Positions 8,213-17,196 of a stretch of DNA of 64,000 bases are shown here, one piece after another. This stretch comes from an uncultured Verrucomicrobiota bacterium. GTDB taxonomy: Bacteria; Verrucomicrobiota; Verrucomicrobiia; Limisphaerales; JAEYXS01. The stretch is from contig CAZPUL010000015.1 of assembly GCA_964589735.1 (NCBI GenBank), forward strand, positions 11,165-75,164, read 5' to 3'. Position 1 is the stretch's first letter. Each line of letters opens with the position of its first letter. A model generated the notes under the pieces. That model searched no databases, was not told the DNA's origin, and saw only the letters and a program-made list of their open reading frames with translations. The position numbers and the translations under genes are program-made.

Positions 8213-10864
8213 ATGTTTTCGGTGAAAAACAGTCTGTTTCAATGCGGTGTGACGGCAGCGGCGCTGGTGGTCTCAGCCCAAGCGGGTTGGGCGGCGAGCA
8301 AGAGCGAGCCTGTGTTCGAGCGGGATATCCGGCCCATCCTCAAGACGCATTGTTTTCATTGCCACGGCGAAGAAGAGAAACCGAAGGCAGGATTGGACGT
8401 GCGGTTGCGGCGGTTCATCGCGCAGGGCAGCAAGGACGGTCCGGTGCTGGTGCCGGGCAAGCGCAAGGAGAGCGCGCTGTATCTGGCGGTGCAGTCTGGC
8501 GAGATGCCGGAGGGCGAGAAGAAGTTGACACCGGAACAGGTGGAACTCATCGGCCGCTGGATCGACAAAGGGGCGAAGACCTTGCGGCCGGAACCGGAGA
8601 AGCTGGAGGGTTACTATTTCACGGAAGAGGAGCGGCAGCACTGGGCGTTTCAGCCATTGACGCAGCCTGGCGTACCGAAAGTTCAAAGCTCAAAGTTCAA
8701 GATCAACAATCCGATCGATGCGTTCATCGCGGTGAAGTTGAAGGAGAACAAGCTGACGTTTTCGCCGGAGGCGGACAAGGCGACGTTGATCCGTCGGGCG
8801 ACGTTTGATCTCACGGGCCTGCCACCCACACCGGCGGAAGTGGATGCCTTCCTCGCGGATAGTTCGCCGGATGCGTATGAGAAGCTGATCGACCGGTTGC
8901 TGGCATCGCCGCATTACGGGGAGCGTTGGGGACGGCACTGGCTGGACGTGGCGGGTTATGCGGATTCCGAGGGCATCACCGCTTCGGATGCAGTGCGCAA
9001 GCATGCATGGAAGTATCGGGATTACGTCATCAAGGCGTTCAACGAGGACAAGCCGTTCAACGAATTCATCATCGAACAACTGGCGGGCGATGAACTGGTG
9101 AAGCAGCCGTACAAGAATCTGCCACCCGCGGAGCAGGAGAAGCTGGTCGCGACGGGTTATCTGCGCATGGCGCCGGACCCCACGGGTGCAGGTGCGCCGG
9201 ATCAGAAGCTCGCGCGGAATCAGGTGGTGACGGATACGGTGAAGATCGTCTCCACTTCGCTGCTGGGCATGACGGTCGGGTGCGCGGAGTGTCATGATCA
9301 CCGGCACGACCCGATCCCGCAGGCGGATTTCTACCGGTTGCGTGCGGTGTTCGAGCCCGCGTATGACACGAAGAACTGGAAGGTGCCGAACGCGCGTCTT
9401 ATCTCTCTGCTCACGGATGAACAACGGGCGGCGGGCGATAAAGTGGAAGTGGAAGCGAAGAAGCTGGATGCCGAACGGCTCAAGAAACAGGAAGAGTTCA
9501 TCAGCGAAATCCTGGAGCTGGAACTGGCGAAGCGGGAGGAGGCTTTGCGCGAGCCCTTGCGCACGGCGTATCGGACCGCTGCGGCCAAGCGCACGCCGGA
9601 GCAGGTGAAACTGCTGAAGGGACATCCCACGGTGATGAACCTCTCGCCGGGTTCGCTCTATCTCTACAAGCAGAAGATGGCGGATGACCTGCAAAAGATC
9701 GCGGATGAAGCCGCGAAGGTGCGCGCGCAGAAGCCGAAGGAAGAATTTGTGAGCGCCTTGACCGAGCCCGGCGGCAAGGTGCCGGTGACGCAGATCTTTC
9801 ATCGCGGCGATCCGGATCAACCGAAGGCCGCGGTGAAACCGGGTGACCTGACGATCCTGGCCTCGTTGCGCAAAGTGGATCTGGCGGAAGATGACGAGGC
9901 GCTACCGACCTCAGGCCGTCGGCTGGCGCTCGCGAAAGAATTGACGGATGGAAAGCATCCACTGACGACGCGCGTGCTGGTGAACCGCATCTGGTTGCAT
10001 CACTTCGGGCGTGGGCTGGTGAATACGCCGGGTGATTTCGGCACGCATGGCGACAAGCCTAGTCATCCAGAATTGCTGGATTGGTTGTCATCGGAGTTCG
10101 TGGCGCAAGGCTGGAGTGCGAAGAAGCTGCACAAGCTCATCATGACCTCCACAGCGTATCGGCAGGAGTCAACGCGCGATCCGAAGAAGGAGCGCATCGA
10201 TGTGGAGAACCGCCTGCTTTGGCGCATGAACGTGCGGCGGCTGGAGGCGGAGGTCATCCGTGATTCATTGCTGGCGGTGAGCGGCAAATTGAATGCGAAG
10301 CTCTTCGGTGAACCGGTGCCGATCATGGAGGATGAAGCGGGTCAAGTGGTCGTCGGCATCGATACGAATGACACGGCGGGGCGGCCTTCGGGCAAGTTCA
10401 TCCCGCTGAATGGCGAGGAGTTTCGTCGCAGCCTGTATATCCAGATGCGGCGCTCGAAGCCGGTGGGTTTGCTGGAGACGTTCGACATCCCGGCGATGGA
10501 ACCGAACTGCACGATCCGCAATGCGTCCACGGTCGCGCCGCAATCACTGGCGCTGATGAACGGGGAGTTCGCGCTGGAGCAGACGAAGTATTTCGCCGAG
10601 CGCGTGGAGAAGGCGGCGGACAAGGACGCGCAAGTGGAGCTGGCGTGGAAGATCGCCTTTGGCGCGCCGCCGAGCATGGCGGAGGTGATGCAGGCGAAGG
10701 CGTTCCTGGAAAAACAGACGAAACATTTTGCGGCGAATCCGCCCGCACAACCCGCCCCGGCCAAAGGCAAGACGGCACCGCCTGCCCCCACGGCGGAACA
10801 TCTGGCGCTGGAGAGCCTCTGCCAGGTGTTGATCAGTGCGAACCGGTTTTTGTATGTGGATTGA
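8213..10864 (+). CDS. PSCyt1/PSCyt2/PSD1 protein (planctomycete cytochrome c + DUF1549 + DUF1553)
   Basis: CFHCHGEEEKPKAGLDVR heme-like motif, NPIDAFI (DUF1549), and a C-terminal ...CQVLISANRFLYVD typical of DUF1553. Start at ATG 8213 gives a signal peptide. Confidence 0.85.
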   Translation: MFSVKNSLFQCGVTAAALVVSAQAGWAASKSEPVFERDIRPILKTHCFHCHGEEEKPKAGLDVRLRRFIAQGSKDGPVLVPGKRKESALYLAVQSGEMPEGEKKLTPEQVELIGRWIDKGAKTLRPEPEKLEGYYFTEEERQHWAFQPLTQPGVPKVQSSKFKINNPIDAFIAVKLKENKLTFSPEADKATLIRRATFDLTGLPPTPAEVDAFLADSSPDAYEKLIDRLLASPHYGERWGRHWLDVAGYADSEGITASDAVRKHAWKYRDYVIKAFNEDKPFNEFIIEQLAGDELVKQPYKNLPPAEQEKLVATGYLRMAPDPTGAGAPDQKLARNQVVTDTVKIVSTSLLGMTVGCAECHDHRHDPIPQADFYRLRAVFEPAYDTKNWKVPNARLISLLTDEQRAAGDKVEVEAKKLDAERLKKQEEFISEILELELAKREEALREPLRTAYRTAAAKRTPEQVKLLKGHPTVMNLSPGSLYLYKQKMADDLQKIADEAAKVRAQKPKEEFVSALTEPGGKVPVTQIFHRGDPDQPKAAVKPGDLTILASLRKVDLAEDDEALPTSGRRLALAKELTDGKHPLTTRVLVNRIWLHHFGRGLVNTPGDFGTHGDKPSHPELLDWLSSEFVAQGWSAKKLHKLIMTSTAYRQESTRDPKKERIDVENRLLWRMNVRRLEAEVIRDSLLAVSGKLNAKLFGEPVPIMEDEAGQVVVGIDTNDTAGRPSGKFIPLNGEEFRRSLYIQMRRSKPVGLLETFDIPAMEPNCTIRNASTVAPQSLALMNGEFALEQTKYFAERVEKAADKDAQVELAWKIAFGAPPSMAEVMQAKAFLEKQTKHFAANPPAQPAPAKGKTAPPAPTAEHLALESLCQVLISANRFLYVD

Positions 10865-10871
10865 TTGAGCT

Positions 10872-12305
10872 ATGAACCCCTGCTTCACACGACGTCATTT
10901 TCTGGCTCGCGCGGGTTTCGGCCTGGGAGCGGTGGCGCTACCGTGGCTCTTGCAGCAAGACGCACGGGCGACGTCTAAGCCGATCCTGGATCCGAAGTCC
11001 TTCGACCTTCTGCCGAAGCAGCCGCACCATGCGCCGCGCGCGAAGGCGATGATCTCGATGTTCATGCAGGGCGGGCCGAGCCAGATCGACCTCTTCGATC
11101 CCAAGCCCGAGCTGGACAAACTGGACGGCCAGAAATTCCCGGGTGAAGTGAAGTATGACAATGCCGCGCAGGCGAGCCCGAAGGTGATGGCGTGTCCGTG
11201 GAAGTTCAAAAAGCACGGCCAATGCGGCATGGATGTGAGCGAGTTGCTGCCGCATTTCGCGGAGATCGTGGATGACGTGACGCTCATCCGCTCCATGCAT
11301 ACGGGCGTGAACAATCACGGGCAATCCATCTTCGCACTGCAGACTGGGCTCATCACGGGTGGTCGCCCGGTGCTGGGCAGTTGGCTCGGTTACGCGTTGG
11401 GTTCGGAGAGCCAGAATCTCCCGGCGTTCGTCGCGCTCACCGATCCGCGCGGATTGCCGGTGGAAGGTGTGCAGAACTGGACGAATGGTTTTCTGCCATC
11501 CATCTACCAAGGCACTGCGGTACGCCCGCGCGAGCCACGCATACTGAATCTCGATGCGCCCGCGCACTTGAAAGGTGTGGCGCAGGAGAACTACCTCGAT
11601 TTCCTCAGCACATTGAATCAGGACCACTTGCGGCAGCGGCCGGGTGAGACAGATCTGGAGGCACGCATCGCGAGTTATGAACTGGCGGCGCGCATGCAGC
11701 TCGCGGCAAAAGAGGCGCTGGACATCAGCGACGAGAGCGAAGCCACGAAACGCATGTATGGCGTGGACAATCCGGCGACGAAAGATTTTGGCACGCGTTG
11801 TCTCATCGCGCGGCGATTGGTGGAGCGCGGGGTGCGTTTCGTGCAGTTATACACCGGCAACCAGACGTGGGATCATCACGGCGGCATCATCAAGGCGTTG
11901 CCCGCCGCATGCCAATACATCGATCAGCCCTCGGCCGCGCTGGTGAAGGACTTGAAGATGCGCGGCTTGCTGGACAGCACGGTGGTGCATTGGGGCGGCG
12001 AGATGGGGCGGCTCCCGGTCATCCAGAATGACACGGGCCGCGATAAGATTGGTCGCGATCACAACACGTACGGTTTCAGCATGTGGGTGGCGGGCGGTGG
12101 TTTTAAGCACGGACTTACGTATGGCGAGACGGATGAGTTCGGCCACAAGGCGGTGAAGGACGTGGTGAACCATTTCGATTACCACGCCACGTTGCTGCAC
12201 CTGTTCGGCATCGAGGGAGCGAAGCTGATGTACAAGCGGAACGGGCGCGAGGAATCGTTGCTCGCGGGCCAGCCGGGCAAGGTGGTCAACGGCTTGCTGG
12301 CGTAA
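10872..12305 (+). CDS. DUF1501 protein (sulfatase-like, Tat signal)
   Basis: N-terminal RRHFLARAGFGLGAVALPWL twin-arginine signal. It lies 7 nt after the PSD protein, which is the canonical PVC gene pair. Confidence 0.85.
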   Translation: MNPCFTRRHFLARAGFGLGAVALPWLLQQDARATSKPILDPKSFDLLPKQPHHAPRAKAMISMFMQGGPSQIDLFDPKPELDKLDGQKFPGEVKYDNAAQASPKVMACPWKFKKHGQCGMDVSELLPHFAEIVDDVTLIRSMHTGVNNHGQSIFALQTGLITGGRPVLGSWLGYALGSESQNLPAFVALTDPRGLPVEGVQNWTNGFLPSIYQGTAVRPREPRILNLDAPAHLKGVAQENYLDFLSTLNQDHLRQRPGETDLEARIASYELAARMQLAAKEALDISDESEATKRMYGVDNPATKDFGTRCLIARRLVERGVRFVQLYTGNQTWDHHGGIIKALPAACQYIDQPSAALVKDLKMRGLLDSTVVHWGGEMGRLPVIQNDTGRDKIGRDHNTYGFSMWVAGGGFKHGLTYGETDEFGHKAVKDVVNHFDYHATLLHLFGIEGAKLMYKRNGREESLLAGQPGKVVNGLLA

Positions 12306-12311
12306 GGTGCC

Positions 12312-12887
12312 TTACTGCACCACGAGGGCGCAGTCACCGTGGGGTTCACGGGTGAGGCATTCGCGGAGGTAGTCCACGATCTGGTCGTTCAAGGCCTGGC
12401 AACGGCCGCTCCAGCGGCGCGCACCGACCAATTGCTTCACGCAACTGCGGAGGCCGGTGAAACAGATCACGTTCGGGGCTTTCACCAACTGTTGCTCCAT
12501 CTCCTTGCGCAGGCAGGGGAAGAAGTTGAGTTCGAAACCCTTGCCGGAATCGAAGGCGAGCTTCCGCAGATCGCTGCGCACGATGTTGCCTTGCTTGCCA
12601 TTATTGTTGGTGGCGGCGGCCTTTATGGGCTCGTGATTCACTTCCAGGCCGAAGCTCTGCAGCACGTGCTCCAGCGCCTCGGAGAATTCGTTCAGCGAGA
12701 CGTATTCGCGCCCCTGCTCGTGCTTGAAATAATGCAGCACGGCAGCAGCGGCGTGGCGGATGAGGTCGGGATCGAGGTTGTCGGCGGCATCGCCGATGAG
12801 TTCCACCGTCACCTGCTCCACGGAGCAGGGGATGGAGTCCCCGTTGGCGAGCTTAAAGACCAGGCAGTCGGAACGTAGCTGTATCAT
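12312..12887 (-). CDS. Hypothetical protein co-transcribed with nrdR
   Basis: ATG at 12887 is preceded by GGAGGT (ctggaggtgcgacATG). It overlaps the nrdR 3' end by 35 nt. No family recognised. Confidence 0.6.
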   Translation of the reverse strand: MIQLRSDCLVFKLANGDSIPCSVEQVTVELIGDAADNLDPDLIRHAAAAVLHYFKHEQGREYVSLNEFSEALEHVLQSFGLEVNHEPIKAAATNNNGKQGNIVRSDLRKLAFDSGKGFELNFFPCLRKEMEQQLVKAPNVICFTGLRSCVKQLVGARRWSGRCQALNDQIVDYLRECLTREPHGDCALVVQ

Positions 12888-13338
12888 GTCGCACCTCCAG
12901 TTTTTTAACGGCCTGCACAAAATCAGTGGCTTCTTGGAAGCCACGATAAACGCTGGCGAAGCGCACGTAGGCGACGTGGTCGAGCTCGCGTAATCCTTCC
13001 ATCACGCGTTCGCCCACGGCCATGGACGGCACCTCATGTTCATACTTGTCGGTGATATCCTCGGCGATCTTATCCACCAAGGCCTGAATCTTCTCCGACG
13101 GGACAGACAGTTTCCGGCAAGCCATCTGGATGCCGGAGAAGAGTTTATCCCGGGAGAACTCTTCCCGGCGGCCATCGTGTTTGATGACCATGAGCCGGGC
13201 GCGTTCGATCTCCTCGTAGGTGGTGAAACGATGTCCGCAGCCGAGGCATTCGCGCCGCCGGCGGATGGTGGAGCCTTCGCGGGAGGACCGCGAATCAATC
13301 ACCTTATCTTCCTGTTCGGCGCACTTCGGACAGCGCAT
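12853..13338 (-). CDS. nrdR: Transcriptional repressor NrdR
   Basis: MRCPKCAEQEDKVIDSRSSREGSTIRRRRECLGCGHRFTTYE zinc ribbon followed by an ATP-cone. Confidence 0.95.
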   Translation of the reverse strand: MRCPKCAEQEDKVIDSRSSREGSTIRRRRECLGCGHRFTTYEEIERARLMVIKHDGRREEFSRDKLFSGIQMACRKLSVPSEKIQALVDKIAEDITDKYEHEVPSMAVGERVMEGLRELDHVAYVRFASVYRGFQEATDFVQAVKKLEVRHDTATFRLPGL

Positions 13339-13500
13339 AATCGTTCACTGCAACTTCCACCACATCGAAGACTACCTCTTAATGTGGTGAAGCAGAGGTA
13401 GCACACCAAATGTTGTGGCGTCAACGGCCAAGTCCATGAATTGGACAAATTGTAACACTTTTTCCTATCACTTGACCCGCCGCTTACGTCTAACAATCAT

Positions 13501-14724
13501 ATGCCCATGTTCCAACGTCTCTTTTGCACGACCGCCATCGCCACTTTGGCTGTGGCCACCAGCGCTTCTGCGGCTGATGCCAAATCCTCCTTCCAACGCA
13601 TCCAAGTGACCGATGTCTTCTGGTCGGAGGGTGCCCACGCTGGCGACTTCAACAAAGACGGCCAGATGGATGTCTGCGCCGGCCCATACTGGTATGCCGG
13701 TCCGGACTTCAAGCAACGCCACGAATACACCAAGCCGCCCGCGCAGAACTACGACGGTGCCAAGAGCTACTCGGATTACTTCCTCAGCTACGCCTACGAT
13801 TTCGATAACGACGGCTGGACGGACATCATGGTCTATTCCTGGCCGGGCAAGGACACCTCCTGGTATCGCAACCCACAGAACAAGGGCGGCGAGTGGCAGA
13901 AGCACACCATCTTCGACGTGACCGATGGCGAATCCCCGGACTTCATCGACGTCACCGGCGATGGCAAGCCCGAGATCCTCGCCTACACCGGCGGCCAGCT
14001 CGGCTTCGCGGAGATCGATTGGAAGAATCCCACCGCCAAGGCCAAGTTCTGGCCCATCTCCATCACCGATGCGAAGAAATACTTCCGCTACTATCACGGC
14101 TACGGCGCCGGTGACCTCAATGGCGACGGCAAGGCCGACATCCTGGACAAGGAAGGCTGGTTCGAGCAGCCCAAGGACTTCCGCCAGGGCGCGCAATGGA
14201 CCCAGCACAAGTTTAACTTCGTGCCCGAAGGCATGCGCGGCGGCGCCCAGATGCTTTGCTACGACGTCAATGGGGACAAGCTGAACGACGTCATCACCAG
14301 CTGGGACGGCCACGGCTACGGCCTCGCCTGGTATGAGCAAGTGCGTGAGGGCGGCAAGATCACGTTCAAGGAACACATCCTCGTGAACACGAAGGAAACT
14401 GATAATCCGCAAGGTGTGAAGTTCACCCAGATTCACGCGCTCGTCGCCGCTGATATGAATGGCGATGGTCTGCAGGATTTCGTCACCGGCAAACGCTTCT
14501 GGGCGCATGGTCCGCTGAAGGATGCCGAGCCCGATGCGCCGGCTGTCCTTTACTGGTTCGAGCTCAAGCGCAGCGGCAAGACCGCCACCTTCATCCCGCA
14601 CCTCATCGATGACAACTCCGGCGTCGGCACCCAGATCACCGCTGCCGACCTGAACGGCGACAAGAAAACCGACGTCATCTCCAGCAACAAGAAGGGCGTG
14701 CACGTCTTCTTGCAGAAGAAGTAA
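13501..14724 (+). CDS. Secreted FG-GAP/VCBS repeat protein (beta-propeller)
   Basis: Signal peptide, then repeated DxDxDG-type motifs: GDFNKDGQMDV, DFDNDGWTDI, DVTGDGKPEI, GDLNGDGKADI, DVNGDKLNDV, DMNGDGLQDF, DLNGDKKTDV. Confidence 0.85.
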   Translation: MPMFQRLFCTTAIATLAVATSASAADAKSSFQRIQVTDVFWSEGAHAGDFNKDGQMDVCAGPYWYAGPDFKQRHEYTKPPAQNYDGAKSYSDYFLSYAYDFDNDGWTDIMVYSWPGKDTSWYRNPQNKGGEWQKHTIFDVTDGESPDFIDVTGDGKPEILAYTGGQLGFAEIDWKNPTAKAKFWPISITDAKKYFRYYHGYGAGDLNGDGKADILDKEGWFEQPKDFRQGAQWTQHKFNFVPEGMRGGAQMLCYDVNGDKLNDVITSWDGHGYGLAWYEQVREGGKITFKEHILVNTKETDNPQGVKFTQIHALVAADMNGDGLQDFVTGKRFWAHGPLKDAEPDAPAVLYWFELKRSGKTATFIPHLIDDNSGVGTQITAADLNGDKKTDVISSNKKGVHVFLQKK

Positions 14725-14744
14725 CACCCGCAGTTTCCTTGCCA

Positions 14745-14790
14745 CCGGCGCAGGCCAGCGTTGACCGCAGCCTGCGCCGGTTTCCTTTTC
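14745..14790 (+). terminator. Rho-independent terminator of the FG-GAP gene
   Basis: ccggcgcaggc (14745-55) pairs perfectly with gcctgcgccgg (14770-80), an 11-bp stem, followed by tttccttttc. Confidence 0.8.
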
Positions 14791-15352
14791 CTCACTTCTT
14801 TACACCGCCAAATCGTTAAAAAGTCTGAACCGCTTCACGATTCAAGCCTTTTAACGAATCCCCTTCCTCTATTAACGTTGAGCGTTGGAAGTTGTGGCCA
14901 CTGGTGCAACCAGCGTTTCCCGCCATTCTTACATCCCCCTTCTTAATAGGCTTATAGGCCCGTGATGCCATCACCATCCCCCAAAAAAGTGGCTTTCCAT
15001 CCGATCCGCGGCACCGTGAAACAGCCAAACAGTGTCCAAAACACCCATAGCATCCTTGAAAAACGCTTTGGTAACGGCCCTTAGCAAAACTTGCCCCGGC
15101 TTTGTCGGCACTGAGCATGAACTCACAGATTTACCATCTTGATCCATCCTCCCAAAGACACCTTGATAACGATCACCCGCTTCCGCCGATTCACTATGTC
15201 TATTCCAGCGAGAGCTGGAAGAATGTTCCCTTGCGCCATCCTCATTAGTCACCAGTCCTCCAACCTGCAAGGGCCGGGGCGGGAGGTGAAACCCGCCAAT
15301 CGCCACAACGTTCCCATTGCCTTTTCCCGCTTCCATTCCTTACCCTTTCCTC

Positions 15353-16246
15353 ATGTCCACACGCCCACTCCTCAGCCTGCTCTTTTTGCTGCTGACCCTT
15401 GCCACCACGAGTCTCCCAGCCGCCGACCTCCTCACTCTGAAACTCTGGCCCGAAGGCGTACCCACCCCCATGACGCCCGTCTCGGACGCCACCAAGAAAC
15501 TCATCGCCTCCTACGGTCCGCTCAGCACCAACCGCTTCTCCGACGTCACCGATCCCGACATCGTCATCTATCGCCCCGAGAAACCGAACGGCACCTCCGT
15601 CATCGTCGCGCCCGGAGGCGGCTTCATGTTCCTTTCCTATTCCTCCGAAGGCCGCCAGGTCTGCGAATGGCTCAATACCCTCGGTGTCACCGGCGTCCTC
15701 CTGAAATACCGCACGCCCACCCGCGATGACGCGCGTCACTACGAGAAACCCGTGGAAGATGCTCAGCGCGCTATGGGCCTCGTCCGCCAGCATGCCAAGG
15801 AATGGGGCCTTGATCCCAAACGCGTCGGCCTCCTCGGCTTCTCCGCCGGTGGCAATCTTCTCGGCCACGCCGCCTGGGATCGCACCCCGCGCACCTATCC
15901 GCAGAAGCCCGATCTCGATGACCCGCGCGGCCCCGATTTCGGCATCATGATCTATGGCGGCGGCTTCCTCGACCGCACCGACAAGACCAAGTTCATGCCC
16001 GGCTTCAGCGTGCCGAAGGATGCCCCGCCCATGTTCTTCCTTGTCGCCCACGACGACAAAAACAACCCGGTCGAAGCCGCGATGCTCTATCTGGAATACC
16101 AGAAGCTGAATCTTCCCGCCGAACTGCACATCTACACGAAAGGCGGCCACGGCTTCGGCATGCGCAATAACAAACAACCCATCAACGACTGGCCCGCCCG
16201 CTGTGGCGAATGGCTGAAGAGCATGGGCTATCTGGGTGGAAAATAA
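15353..16246 (+). CDS. Secreted alpha/beta hydrolase (acetyl-esterase-like)
   Basis: Signal peptide MSTRPLLSLLFLLLTLATTSLPA, GFSAGGN nucleophile elbow, and a C-terminal GGHGFG. Confidence 0.8.
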   Translation: MSTRPLLSLLFLLLTLATTSLPAADLLTLKLWPEGVPTPMTPVSDATKKLIASYGPLSTNRFSDVTDPDIVIYRPEKPNGTSVIVAPGGGFMFLSYSSEGRQVCEWLNTLGVTGVLLKYRTPTRDDARHYEKPVEDAQRAMGLVRQHAKEWGLDPKRVGLLGFSAGGNLLGHAAWDRTPRTYPQKPDLDDPRGPDFGIMIYGGGFLDRTDKTKFMPGFSVPKDAPPMFFLVAHDDKNNPVEAAMLYLEYQKLNLPAELHIYTKGGHGFGMRNNKQPINDWPARCGEWLKSMGYLGGK

Positions 16247-16330
16247 CGGACGTTATTTTGTCCCGAATATGGGCGGCCGATTACAAACTGCCCCTTTGCC
16301 CGTTCGTTCCGCATCTGGCACCTTTCCTCC

Positions 16331-16651
16331 ATGACTGCTGAAATACGAAGCGACCGCTATCGTAAGGTGGCGGAAAAGGAACTGGTCCAAGGCAATCCGC
16401 GCGATCCCGTGCTGAACGAATCCATCGAGGCCGCCGCCGAAAAAGGCTCAGACATCACGGAAGAATACACCCAGCGCCGCACCGAGCAGATGCTATCCGA
16501 TGAGGATGAGCGCGAGACCGTCCAGTTGCGCCGCATGAAATTGCATCGCGAACTGGATGAGCCCCGGCACAGCCTGCTCGTCCGCACCCTGACGCTCATC
16601 ACCATCATCGTTGCCGTCGCCGCCATCGGCTACTGGGTAATGAAAGGCTAA
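16331..16651 (+). CDS. Small hypothetical protein with a C-terminal TM anchor
   Basis: 106 aa: an acidic/basic N-terminal region, then LLVRTLTLITIIVAVAAIGYWVM. It is followed by a good terminator. Confidence 0.5.
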   Translation: MTAEIRSDRYRKVAEKELVQGNPRDPVLNESIEAAAEKGSDITEEYTQRRTEQMLSDEDERETVQLRRMKLHRELDEPRHSLLVRTLTLITIIVAVAAIGYWVMKG

Positions 16652-16689
16652 AGCACCGTTCCAGTCCAAACTCTCAACCAAAAACAAGA

Positions 16690-16725
16690 AGCCGGAGAGT
16701 TTTTCACTCCCCGGCTTTTGTATTT
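16690..16725. terminator. Bidirectional rho-independent terminator
   Basis: agccggagag-tttttca-ctccccggct stem-loop flanked by an A-run on the left and a T-run on the right. It lies between convergent genes. Confidence 0.75.
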
Positions 16726-16742
16726 CCGTTGTTCAGCGTCGC

Positions 16743-17066
16743 TTAGTGATGAGCGTGGGCAGACGTGTCTTTCGCCGGCGCGGAGTCACCACCATGGCAA
16801 CTCGCCGCGGCCGGCTTGGCTTCCGCGTGCATCGGACAACCCGCCGGTTCCACCGCTGGCTTTTCGCAGCAGTCCATCGGCTTGCTTTCGGCTTTCGCCG
16901 CGTGCATCGGGCAGTTTTCCGTATCTGCCTTGGCCGTCATGCCACAGGCCATTGCCGCCGTCTGATGACAACTCCCGCTGTCGGTGTCACGAGTTGCACC
17001 CGCTATCGCGACCCCAGCCACCAGGGCCACACCCGCGAACGCCACGATCCATTTTGAAGTATTCAT
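16743..17066 (-). CDS. Membrane-anchored or secreted Cys/His/Met-rich protein (putative metal binding)
   Basis: 107 aa with an N-terminal hydrophobic anchor, motifs SCHQ, ACGM, NCPMHA, DCCEKP, GCPMHA and SCHGG, and an HAHH C-terminus. It lies downstream of the cus cluster. The plus-strand ORFs here translate to Pro/Arg/Ser junk. Confidence 0.55.
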   Translation of the reverse strand: MNTSKWIVAFAGVALVAGVAIAGATRDTDSGSCHQTAAMACGMTAKADTENCPMHAAKAESKPMDCCEKPAVEPAGCPMHAEAKPAAASCHGGDSAPAKDTSAHAHH

Positions 17067-17196
17067 AAGTTTCTATTTCGTTTTTTGTTGTACCGGCTCC
17101 GCTTAACGAGGCTGTGGGCGTACCGGCAGAACCTTAGACCTCGCACTGCTTGAAAAACCTGGGCAGTGAAACAGGGTTGGGAATGATGCCGTAGCA

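Noticed and set aside
13357-13418. NrdR boxes for nrdR autoregulation
   Set aside because: The repeated ATGTGGTG/CCACCACAT motifs do not match the remembered NrdR-box consensus (acaCwAtATaTwGtgt), and they are not two phased 16-bp palindromes.
13468-14745. 425-aa ORF on the minus strand
   Set aside because: Antisense to the FG-GAP gene, whose repeated Ca-binding-like motifs and signal peptide identify the true strand.
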